This document shows, piece by piece, positions 7,768-15,813 of a stretch of 32,000 nucleotides of DNA; position 1 is the first letter of the stretch, and every line of letters begins with the position of its first letter. Under the pieces are notes generated by a model. It was not told the DNA's origin and searched no databases. It saw only the letters and a list, made by a program, of their open reading frames with translations. The DNA is taken from assembly GCF_008065095.1 (NCBI RefSeq), contig NZ_CP042911.1:3150001-3182000 (forward strand). The letters are read 5' to 3'. This DNA is from Gemmata obscuriglobus. GTDB lineage: Bacteria > Planctomycetota > Planctomycetia > Gemmatales > Gemmataceae. Both the position numbers and the translations under genes were made by a program.

Positions 7768-8002
7768 CGACTACCAACCCTCAAGCCGAGCCCACCAACG
7801 GGTTACGGCAGTGTCATAGTATTGGCCCGGTCAAGGCTCAAGTCCAACCCGTTCGCGAACCCTGTGCCCGTTGGGATGGAGTGCCTCTCGTAGGTCCTGC
7901 CAGTAGTGAGGGTTGCGCGGTTGTGCGGGCCAGAAGATCCGGTGCTCGCGGCCGCGCGGGTGAAGTTGAGAGGTGGGGCAGGGGAAGCTGCCTGGATAAT
8001 TG

Positions 8003-8023
8003 ACATATCAGTCGTTGATATGT
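8003..8023. promoter_or_regulatory. Operator-like dyad ACATATCA-N5-TGATATGT overlapping a TTGACA hexamer (8000-8005) in an AT-rich island
   Basis: The 8-bp arms are exact complements. It lies in the 685-bp divergent intergenic region between the metal locus (start 7767) and the MCP gene (start 8453). No convincing -10 element was found on either strand. Confidence 0.25.
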
Positions 8024-8452
8024 GTGTTTTTTGCCAGGGCGCGACTGCGGGGCGTTTAGTGCGGCGGCGCCGCCGCGACACCCCCAAAGGCAAATTTTGC
8101 AAGCAAGTCACGATTAGTATTGTTGCGATGCTTTGACGATTCGCCGCGCGTTGTTATGCGCGGCCGCGTGCTGCTGAAACGCGGTCCGTCCTTCCGTTGG
8201 CCCCGGTACGGATCGGTGACCACGAGCGCGCCGCCGGGAACCGGCGCCGGGGGCGCAGGCGGACCCACGGTTACCCGTAAACGTCGCGCCACGTGAACGC
8301 TCGGCCGGCGGCGGCCCTCACATGGCGCTTGCCACGAACGCCTGCGCGTCGGCAAGCGTGCCGCCGGCGCGGATCGTTCGATCGCGCGGCAACTCGCCCT
8401 GCCGCGCAGCCACGGTCCCGTCACCACGGGGCTTCACCAGGACCGCTGCGCT

Positions 8453-10765
8453 ATGACCAAGTTCAACGATCTCCCAATCGGCACCCGGCTCATCGGAGCG
8501 TTTCTGCTGCTAGCCGTTCTGTGCGCCGGCGTCGGGTACTTCGGTCTCCGTGCCACGAGTGAGGTGAACCACGCCCTGGAAAACGCCAACCAGAACCAGA
8601 TCCCGGCGCTCCGCTCCCTGGGCGATTTGCGGGCGGCCCTGCTCACCATCCAGCGGTCCGAGCGGTCCGTTCTGATCGCCGCACAGAGCAAGGATGAGGC
8701 GACGCGGCAGCGGGCCTCGAAGACGCTCGAAACGACTTGGCCCAAGGTTCGCGATGCGACCGGGCGGTACCAGGCGCTGCCGATGGACGACAAGGAGAAG
8801 GCGGCGTGGGGGGCGGTGCAACCGCACCTGGAGCAGTTCCGCCGCGACCACGACGCCGCGATGGCCGCGCTGAGCGCGGGGGAGATTGAGCGGGCCGAGA
8901 AGCTGTGCGCCGCCTCGGTCCCCAACACGAACAAGATGAACGGCTTTTTGAACGAGCTCTGCGACATCCAGACGGCCGGGGCGGAACGGGAGGCCGCCGC
9001 CGCGCAGGCCCTGTACGCCTCGGCCCGGACGACGATGTTCGTGGTCATCGGCGCTGCGGTCGTCATTGCTGTGGCCGTCGGCCTGTTCTTTCGGCGGCTG
9101 ATCGTCCGGCCGCTCGAGGCGACCGGTAAAATTTTGCGGGCCGTGGCCATCGGGGACCTGACACTGGTCGCCGACGAAACGTCGATGGACGAGTTCGGGC
9201 AACTGGCGGCATCACTCAACGCCACCCTCCAAGGCATGCGGGGCGCCCTGAAGCAGGACCGGGTGAGTTGGGAAGAGGTCGGCATACAGCGGGAGCGGAA
9301 CGACGATTACGTGGGGCAGATCATGGCGGTCAGCAAGGTCCAGGCGATGATCGAGTTCGGCCTCGACGGGACGATCCTGACGGCCAACGAGAACTTCTTG
9401 AAGACGACGGGCTACCAGTTGGGCGAGGTCCAGGGCCAGCACCACCGGATGTTCGTCACCCCCGACCAGGCCGCGAGCCCCGAGTACCGCGACTTTTGGG
9501 CGAAACTGAACCGCGGCGAGTTCGTCTTTAATGACTTCAAGCGGGTCGGCAAAGGGGGAAAGGAGGTGTGGCTCAGGGCCTCCTACAACCCGATCCTCAA
9601 CTCCGTCACCGGCCGGCCGTACAAGGTGGTGAAGTTCGCCACGGACATCACCGCCCAGAAGCAGATGGAAGAGCAGGTGAAGGCCGACACGATCGAACTC
9701 CAGCGGAAGGTGGAAGAAATCATCAAGGCCGTGAACGCGCTGGCGGCGGGCGATTTCACGGTGTCGGTCCCGGACCTGGGCACCGACAACGTGGGCCAGA
9801 TGGCGCGGTCGCTGAACACGGCGGTGCTCGCGGTCCGGACCGCGCTGGAGGGCGTGCGGGAGGTGTCCGAGCAACTGGCCGACGCCAGCGGCCAATTGTC
9901 CAGCGCGAGCGAGGAGATCTCGTCCGGCGCTCAGGAGCAGGCGTCCAGCCTGGAAGAGACCGCCGGCGCCCTGCAAGAGATCACCTCCACTGTCAAACAG
10001 AGCGCGGACAACGCCCAGCAGGCTCGGCAACTGGCCAGCGGGTCCAAGGAGATCGCCGAGAAGGGCCGGCAGGTGGTGAGTTCCGCGGTCGAGGCGATGG
10101 GTGAGATCAACGGGTCGAGCAAGAAGATCGCGGAGATCATCACGACCATCGACGAGATCGCGTTCCAGACCAACCTCCTGGCCCTGAACGCGGCGGTCGA
10201 GGCGGCCCGGGCCGGGGAGCAGGGGCGCGGGTTCGCGGTGGTGGCCACCGAGGTCCGCAACCTGGCCCAGCGGTCCGCCACCGCCGCCAAGGAGATCAAG
10301 AGCCTGATCAACGACAGCGTCAAAAAGGTGGACGCCGGCACCGAACTGGTCAACAAGTCGGGCGACACGCTGGCCGAGATCGTGATCAGTGTGAAGCGGG
10401 TCACCGATATCGTTGCCGAGATCGCGGGCGCCAGTAAGGAGCAGTCCGGGGGGATCGAGCAGGTCAACAAGGCCGTCTCCCAGATGGACACCGTCACCCA
10501 GCGGAACGCCTCCCAGACCGAGGAGATGAGCGCCACCGCCCAGACCTTGACCGATCAGGCGGGCCAGCTCCGGGACCTCGTCGCCCGCTTCAAACTGGCT
10601 TCCGAACACGGCGCGCCTCAGCGCGTCGCCGTCGCCGCGAGTTCGCCCCGGCGGCCGGCCCGCGCGAATGCCCGGCCCGCCGCGCCCAAGGCCGTTCCGC
10701 AGGGGGCCGCGGGCCAGGGGCACGAACTGGATTCGCTCGGCAGCGACGGCTTCAGCGATTTCTGA
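8453..10765 (+). CDS. Methyl-accepting chemotaxis protein (4-helix-bundle sensor, HAMP, PAS, HAMP-like, MCP signalling domain), 770 aa
   Basis: N-terminal TM followed by a 4HB-type sensor. Second [23 protein letters not shown] is followed by HAMP. PAS segment is [36 protein letters not shown]. Highly conserved MCP hairpin is [39 protein letters not shown]. Confidence 0.93.
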   Translation: MTKFNDLPIGTRLIGAFLLLAVLCAGVGYFGLRATSEVNHALENANQNQIPALRSLGDLRAALLTIQRSERSVLIAAQSKDEATRQRASKTLETTWPKVRDATGRYQALPMDDKEKAAWGAVQPHLEQFRRDHDAAMAALSAGEIERAEKLCAASVPNTNKMNGFLNELCDIQTAGAEREAAAAQALYASARTTMFVVIGAAVVIAVAVGLFFRRLIVRPLEATGKILRAVAIGDLTLVADETSMDEFGQLAASLNATLQGMRGALKQDRVSWEEVGIQRERNDDYVGQIMAVSKVQAMIEFGLDGTILTANENFLKTTGYQLGEVQGQHHRMFVTPDQAASPEYRDFWAKLNRGEFVFNDFKRVGKGGKEVWLRASYNPILNSVTGRPYKVVKFATDITAQKQMEEQVKADTIELQRKVEEIIKAVNALAAGDFTVSVPDLGTDNVGQMARSLNTAVLAVRTALEGVREVSEQLADASGQLSSASEEISSGAQEQASSLEETAGALQEITSTVKQSADNAQQARQLASGSKEIAEKGRQVVSSAVEAMGEINGSSKKIAEIITTIDEIAFQTNLLALNAAVEAARAGEQGRGFAVVATEVRNLAQRSATAAKEIKSLINDSVKKVDAGTELVNKSGDTLAEIVISVKRVTDIVAEIAGASKEQSGGIEQVNKAVSQMDTVTQRNASQTEEMSATAQTLTDQAGQLRDLVARFKLASEHGAPQRVAVAASSPRRPARANARPAAPKAVPQGAAGQGHELDSLGSDGFSDF

Positions 10766-11109
10766 GTGGTCTCGCGGGGCCGGTTCGTGGGGCGCATGAG
10801 GCCCTGCGAGCCGGCACCGCCGTTTCCCGCAGCGCACGTCCCACGGCTCAAAAGCCCTTCGACCGAATCACATTTCGACCCGATCGCGGTCGCGCCTTCC
10901 CGCCGCACCCCGTAGCGATCACTCCCCCTCGCCGTTTTGTTCCCGGCGGCGGACGTGCCGGCTCTCCCTTGTGCGCCCGCCGGACGTTGCGGCCGGTTTA
11001 ATGCCGCGGGGCCGTGCGGCGGTGCGCCGTAAATCTGTCCGAGCCGGGTCGGTGGCGCGCGGGTCTCTAGATTGACCACTGACAACCGACCCACCGACAG
11101 TTGCTCCCC

Positions 11110-11964
11110 ATGAAGAACACCGCCGTCCTGCTCATCACCTGCCCGGACCGCAAGGGGATCGTCGCCGCGGTCGCGGAGTTCCTGTACAAGCACGACGCCA
11201 ACATCCTCCACGCGGACCAGCACCAGGACGCGGAGGGGAAGCTGTTCTTCATGCGCGTCGAGTGGGACCTGAGCGGGTTCGCGCTCGACCTGGCGGAGTT
11301 CTCGCGCCGGTTTTCGCCGCTCGCCGACCGGTTCGAAATGCGCTGGCGGCTCGAAGACTCCCGCAACCCGCTCCGGGTGGCGCTGTTCGTCTCGAAGTAC
11401 GACCACTGCCTGATGGACCTGCTGTACCGCCACAAGACCGGCGAGCTGCTTTGCGAAATCCCGGTCATCGTTGCGAACCACCCCGACGCGCAGAAGTGGG
11501 GCGACTTCTACGGCGTCCCGTTTCACGTGATCCCGGTTCCGGCCGGCGACAAGGAGGCCGCCGAGCGGAAGCAACTGGACCTGCTCGCGGCGGAGAAGAT
11601 CGACCTCGTGGTGATGGCCCGGTACATGCAGATTTTGTCGCGCGAGTTCGTGGCGCGGTACCCGCAGCGAGTCATCAACGTCCACCACTCGTTCCTGCCG
11701 GCGTTCATGGGGGCGCGGCCGTACCACCGGGCGTTCGAGCGCGGGGTGAAGCTGATCGGCGCCACCAGCCACTACGCCACGGAGGACCTGGACGAGGGGC
11801 CGATCATCGAGCAGGACGTGGTGCGGATCTCGCACCGCGACGGCCTTGAGGACCTGCTCGAAAAGGGCCGCGACCTGGAAAAGGTGGTGCTGTCGCGGGC
11901 GGTGCGGTGGCACCTGGACCACCGCATCCTCGTCTACAACCACAAATCCGTGATCTTCGATTGA
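11110..11964 (+). CDS. purU: Formyltetrahydrofolate deformylase
   Basis: N-terminal ACT domain (MKNTAVLLITCPDRKGIVAAVAEFL). Formyltransferase core INVHHSFLPAFMGARPYHRAFERGVKLIGATSHYATEDLDEGPIIEQDV is near-identical in pattern to E. coli PurU. I prefer the ATG at 11110 over the TTG at 11101. Confidence 0.93.
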   Translation: MKNTAVLLITCPDRKGIVAAVAEFLYKHDANILHADQHQDAEGKLFFMRVEWDLSGFALDLAEFSRRFSPLADRFEMRWRLEDSRNPLRVALFVSKYDHCLMDLLYRHKTGELLCEIPVIVANHPDAQKWGDFYGVPFHVIPVPAGDKEAAERKQLDLLAAEKIDLVVMARYMQILSREFVARYPQRVINVHHSFLPAFMGARPYHRAFERGVKLIGATSHYATEDLDEGPIIEQDVVRISHRDGLEDLLEKGRDLEKVVLSRAVRWHLDHRILVYNHKSVIFD

Positions 11965-11965
11965 G

Positions 11966-11992
11966 GCGGCCCGGTGGCCCGCGCCGGGCCGC
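11966..11992 (+). terminator. GC-rich hairpin (9-bp stem GCGGCCCGG/CCGGGCCGC, 9-nt loop) directly after the purU stop
   Basis: Arms 11966-11974 and 11984-11992 are exact complements. It begins 2 nt after the TGA at 11962-11964. No clear T-tract follows (GAAATTG). Confidence 0.4.
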
Positions 11993-12038
11993 GAAATTGC
12001 CTCCCGCCGCGCCGGCCGGTCCGGTATCATCTTGCCTC

Positions 12039-13541
12039 ATGCAACAAACACCCCCGCAGTCCTTGCCACGGGTCATCGGCCCGTGGATCGCGACCGCCGT
12101 TATTATCGGCACCGTCATCGGGTCCGGCGTGTTCAAGAAGGGCCGGAACGTCGCGGACAACGTCCCCGAGTTCGGCCTCATTATGGCCGTCTGGGTGCTC
12201 GGCGGCCTCCTCGCGCTGCTCGGCGCGCTCGCACTCGCCGAAGTCGCCGTGCTGTTCCCCAGGGCCGGCGGGAACTACGTCTTCCTCCGCGAAGGGTACG
12301 GCCGCTGCGCGGGCTTCCTGTGGGGCTGGGTCGATTTCTGGATCCTCCGCGCCGCCAGCATCGCCGCGCTGGCGACGATGTTCACCGAGTCGTTTCACGA
12401 CGTGCTGAAGCAGTCCATTGCGCCGGGGCAGAAAGTTGATGTACTCAGCTTCTGGCCCCGGCAACTGCTCACCACCCTCGTCATCGGCGGGCTGACCGTC
12501 GTGAACGTCCGCGGCACGCGGCTGAGCGGCGGGGTCCAGTTCGCGATCACCATACTGAAGGTCGCGTCGCTGCTGTTCCTCATCACGGCGCCGTTCGTGG
12601 TGCTGGCCGTCGCGTCCGAGCCCACGCACCCGCCGCAGGTGTCGCACCTGAGCCCGGCGGTGCCGTCGAACCTGTTCGGGATTAACTGGAGCGGGTTCGG
12701 GGTCGCGCTGGTCGGCGTGCTGTGGGCGTACAACGGGTGGATGAACATCGCCCCCATCGCCGAAGAGGTGAAGGAGCCGCAGCGCAACATCCCGCGCTCG
12801 CTGCTGCTGGCGGTGTTCACCCTGATCGCGCTCTACTGCGGGGCCAACCTCGCGTACCACCTCGTGCTGCCGCGGGACCAGATCGTTGCCAAGGACGCCA
12901 ACGGGCACCTGTCCTCCACGCCGGTCGCGACGGAGTTTTGCGGGGAGCTGCTCGGGCCGGTCGGGGTGGTGCTGGCGTCGGCGATCGTGATGACCAGCGT
13001 GTTCGGGGCGCTCAACGGGAACCTGCTCGTCGGCCCGCGGCTGCTGTACGCGATGGGCCGCGACCGCCTCGCCCCCCCCGCCTTCGCGCGGCTGCACCCG
13101 CAGTACCACACGCCCGCGCTCGCGACCCTGGCAATGGCGGGGTGGTCGGTGCTGCTGGTGCTGTGCGTCGGGGCGCTGACCCAGTACCAGGTGCCGACCG
13201 TGCCGCTCGGGTTCGCGGAACTCGACCTGAACGTGCCGCGCGGGAAGTCGCCGTTCGACATCATGACCGATTTCGTGATCTTCGGGTCGGTGACCTTCGA
13301 AACCCTCGCCGTGGCGAGCATCTTCGTGTTCCGGTGGAAGTATCCCGCGACGCCGGGGAACCGCGCGTACCGCTGCTGGGGGTATCCGGTGGTCCCCGCC
13401 CTCTATGTCCTCATCATGGCGCTGGTGCTGGTGAACTTCTTCGTGAACCCGGAGTCGCGCACCGAGGCGCTGGTCGGGCTCGGTTTCATCGCGAGCGGGG
13501 GTGTGGTGTATGCCCTGTTCTTCGGGACGCGGCGGGCATGA
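12039..13541 (+). CDS. APC-superfamily amino acid permease (LAT/SteT-like), 500 aa
   Basis: Start is at MQQTPPQSLPRVIGPWIATAVIIGTVIGSGVFKKG, with the typical APC TM1 G-S-G motif. Roughly 12 hydrophobic segments by eye. The track's upstream extension from 11907 is Pro/Arg-rich and overlaps the purU terminator. Confidence 0.88.
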   Translation: MQQTPPQSLPRVIGPWIATAVIIGTVIGSGVFKKGRNVADNVPEFGLIMAVWVLGGLLALLGALALAEVAVLFPRAGGNYVFLREGYGRCAGFLWGWVDFWILRAASIAALATMFTESFHDVLKQSIAPGQKVDVLSFWPRQLLTTLVIGGLTVVNVRGTRLSGGVQFAITILKVASLLFLITAPFVVLAVASEPTHPPQVSHLSPAVPSNLFGINWSGFGVALVGVLWAYNGWMNIAPIAEEVKEPQRNIPRSLLLAVFTLIALYCGANLAYHLVLPRDQIVAKDANGHLSSTPVATEFCGELLGPVGVVLASAIVMTSVFGALNGNLLVGPRLLYAMGRDRLAPPAFARLHPQYHTPALATLAMAGWSVLLVLCVGALTQYQVPTVPLGFAELDLNVPRGKSPFDIMTDFVIFGSVTFETLAVASIFVFRWKYPATPGNRAYRCWGYPVVPALYVLIMALVLVNFFVNPESRTEALVGLGFIASGGVVYALFFGTRRA

Positions 13542-14266
13542 CCTGGGCCGAACAGCTCGAACGCGACGGCTACGCTCTGCTTCCCGCCGCACTCACGCCG
13601 GGTGCCGTGGCAGAGGCGGTGCGCGAGTGGGCGGAAGTCACTGCCGCCAACGCCGAAGCCGATGCCGTGCTCACCGGCTCGGCGGGTCCGGCATACGGCG
13701 CCCGTAACTTGCTCGACTTGTGGCCCGGTGTGGTGGACCTCGTCCGCACGGAGCCGGTTCGCGCCGCACTGCACGCGACTCTTGGACCGGGGGCCGGCGT
13801 GGTGCGGGTGCTGTACTTCGACAAGCCGCCGGGGCACTCGTGGGCGCTGCCGTGGCACAAGGATTACAGCCTCGCCGTGAAGGAACACCGCCCGTCGTCG
13901 CGCTTTACGAAGCCGACGGTGAAGGCCGGCGTGCCGCACGTCATCGCCCCGCAAGCGGTTCTTGACCGGATGTTGACGGTGCGCATTCACCTCGATCCCA
14001 TGACGCCCGACAACGGCCCACTTCGAGTGGTTCCGGGTTCGCACCGGTTCTACGACCAGCGCAACGACGAGCCGCGCGAAGCCGTTACTCTGGAGTGTGG
14101 TGCCGGGGACGCCCTGCTGATGCGCCCGCTGCTGACGCACGCGAGCGGGCACAGCAAGACCGGAGCGGGACTGCACCGGCGGATCGTTCACCTCGAATGC
14201 GCGGCCGACGACACGTTGCCGGATGGCTTTGAGTGGATGTGGTGTCGCGCGGTAGATGGGACGTGA
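13538..14266 (+). CDS. Phytanoyl-CoA dioxygenase (PhyH) family Fe(II)/2-oxoglutarate-dependent oxygenase, 242 aa
   Basis: Sequence runs MTWAEQLERDGYALLP...YFDKPPGHSWALPWHKDYS, giving the HxD iron ligands, then ...GPLRVVPGSHRF...THASGHS. The ATG at 13538 overlaps the permease stop (ATGA). Confidence 0.85.
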   Translation: MTWAEQLERDGYALLPAALTPGAVAEAVREWAEVTAANAEADAVLTGSAGPAYGARNLLDLWPGVVDLVRTEPVRAALHATLGPGAGVVRVLYFDKPPGHSWALPWHKDYSLAVKEHRPSSRFTKPTVKAGVPHVIAPQAVLDRMLTVRIHLDPMTPDNGPLRVVPGSHRFYDQRNDEPREAVTLECGAGDALLMRPLLTHASGHSKTGAGLHRRIVHLECAADDTLPDGFEWMWCRAVDGT

Positions 14267-14292
14267 CGAACCCCAGAGAAAAGGCTCGCGCA

Positions 14293-15078
14293 ATGACCGA
14301 ATCGCAGTGGCTCACTCACGCTTACCCATTCTCGATGCTGCACTTCGTTCGCACGGCGGGTGAGCGGAAGGAGGTGAGCTTCCGAAAGGTGGTCCTATTC
14401 AACTGTGCCTGCTGCCGAAGGGTCTGGCACTGCCTGGGTGACGAGGATCGAATAGCAGTCGCTCAGTGCGAGGCGAGTGCCGACGATCCCGCTGCGCTTG
14501 CGGAGGTGTGCGCCCGGTATCGGCCTTCGCCCAGACCCCCACAAGCAGGTTCGGTTCTGCTGCCGGATGGGCGTGTTGGGTACGACGCCGCCGCCGCACC
14601 ACATTGGCCGGACGAAGATCCTTCGGACCAAACGCAGCTCCGTTGGCTCCTCGACGGGGATTTGCACTGGAGTTGGAGTATTCATTTCACTTCGCGCGTT
14701 GTTGATTTGGTCGCGCCGCGCGACACTCGGAAGCTGATGGCGACATTTCAAAAACAGCGGGCAACGGAAGACGAACTCGATGCGTTGCTGAACATTCCCG
14801 CGCGCAAGATCGAAGGGCAAGCTCAGGCGGACCTCGCCCGCGACATCTTCGGAAATCCGTTCCGTCCGGTAGACTTTGCTTCCGCGTGGCGAACTGACAC
14901 CGTTCTCGGGATCGCGCGCGAACTTTATGCGTCGGGCGACTTCACGGCGCTGCCGGTGCTCGGCGATGCGCTTCAGGACGCGGGCTGCGACGACGAGGCG
15001 GTGCTCACCCACTGCCGCGGAGCGGGGCCGCACGCGCGCGGGTGCTGGGTCGTGGACGGGCTCTTGGGGAAGGCGTGA
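14293..15078 (+). CDS. Hypothetical protein of a paralogous family I recall as expanded in Planctomycetes and Myxobacteria (N-terminal CACCRRVWH motif, C-terminal GPHxRGCWVVDxLLGK motif)
   Basis: Motifs present: VVLFNCACCRRVWHCLGDEDRIAVAQCEASADD, then DIFGNPFRPVDFASAWRTDTVLGIARELYASGDFTALPVLGDALQDAGCDDEAVLTHCRGAGPHARGCWVVDGLLGK. The start at MTESQWL (14293) avoids overlap with the upstream gene. Confidence 0.7.
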   Translation: MTESQWLTHAYPFSMLHFVRTAGERKEVSFRKVVLFNCACCRRVWHCLGDEDRIAVAQCEASADDPAALAEVCARYRPSPRPPQAGSVLLPDGRVGYDAAAAPHWPDEDPSDQTQLRWLLDGDLHWSWSIHFTSRVVDLVAPRDTRKLMATFQKQRATEDELDALLNIPARKIEGQAQADLARDIFGNPFRPVDFASAWRTDTVLGIARELYASGDFTALPVLGDALQDAGCDDEAVLTHCRGAGPHARGCWVVDGLLGKA

Positions 15079-15089
15079 GCCACCCCGGA

Positions 15090-15668
15090 TCACTTCTTTT
15101 TCTTCTTCGTCTTATCCTCGGTCGCCTCGGGCTTGTCGGCCTTCGGCTTGGGGGTGGGCTTCGGCTTGCTTGTCGCTTGCGGCGCGGCTGCGCCGGGGGG
15201 CACACTCACGACGAAGCCCGCCGCCCGCAGCGGTTCGACGAGCTGATCGGCTTCGGCACGGGCGTCGGCGCCGTCCACCCGGGCCAGCGCGATCACCGCG
15301 TACCAGTACCGCTCGCGGTCGCGCGGGGAAAGGGTGTCGGGGTCGGCCCCGGCCTCGCGGCCGAGTTCGGGGTCGTAGCGGAGGTTCTTGAGGAGCGCGG
15401 ACAACTCGCGCCACGTCGCCCCCGCGGACACCTTCGTGCCGTCCGGCTTCGTGACGGTGCGGCCGATCGCGATGTGAAGCAGCCCGCGGAACCGCCCGGC
15501 GACGATGCCGTTGGTCCGGGCCGCTTCGAGCACCTCTCGCAAGCTGTCCATTCGGCGGCCCCGCTGCCCATCGGTGACGGCGACCCGGTCGTGCTCCGAT
15601 TCGGGGGTCAGAATCCGCGCCACCCCCGGAACGACACTCGGCGGAGCAGTCGAATACAGATCGCCCAT
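15090..15668 (-). CDS. Hypothetical protein with Lys/Pro-rich basic C-terminal tail (192 aa; alternative start at 15551)
   Basis: Good GC3 coding bias over most of the ORF. The tail is SKPKPTPKPKADKPEATEDKTKKKKK. An AT-rich stretch containing TATAAA lies immediately upstream of 15668. No family recognised. Confidence 0.6.
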   Translation of the reverse strand: MGDLYSTAPPSVVPGVARILTPESEHDRVAVTDGQRGRRMDSLREVLEAARTNGIVAGRFRGLLHIAIGRTVTKPDGTKVSAGATWRELSALLKNLRYDPELGREAGADPDTLSPRDRERYWYAVIALARVDGADARAEADQLVEPLRAAGFVVSVPPGAAAPQATSKPKPTPKPKADKPEATEDKTKKKKK

Positions 15669-15813
15669 TTTACCAACTCACCGAATTTATACCCAAAGGT
15701 GCTATGTCGCCTCATCTTTTCGTCACAGTGGCCGAAGAATGATGACGAACAACCCCGTAAACCTCCAGCGTTTGTTGCCGCGGTGGTGATACAACCCGCG
15801 CACCGGTGGCGGG

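Noticed and set aside
8000-8030. Reading the TTGACA plus dyad as a complete MerR-type promoter
   Set aside because: With a 19-bp spacer the -10 would be TGTTTT, and no better hexamer exists at 16-19 bp on either strand. On the plus strand it would also point away from the metal locus. I kept it only as an operator-like dyad.
7803-8427. Small ORFs (102, 76 and 123 aa) in the intergenic region between the metal locus and the MCP gene
   Set aside because: They are Arg/Pro-rich, have no SD or recognisable family, and show inconsistent codon bias. I treated the region as non-coding regulatory DNA.
10766-11109. Possible ZTP (pfl) or other riboswitch upstream of purU
   Set aside because: I found no CCGCCUGGGC-type 3' element or other conserved riboswitch core when reading the 344-bp leader. 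Only weak direct repeats (TTCGACC x2) are present.
9212-12030. 541-aa and 470-aa minus-strand ORFs (9212-10837, 10618-12030) opposite the MCP gene and purU
   Set aside because: These are low-complexity Arg/Leu/Gly/Asp/His translations. The plus strand carries unmistakable MCP and PurU signatures.
12027-13592. 521-aa minus-strand ORF opposite the APC permease
   Set aside because: The Arg/Glu/His/Pro-rich translation lacks any family resemblance. The plus strand encodes a coherent multi-TM permease.
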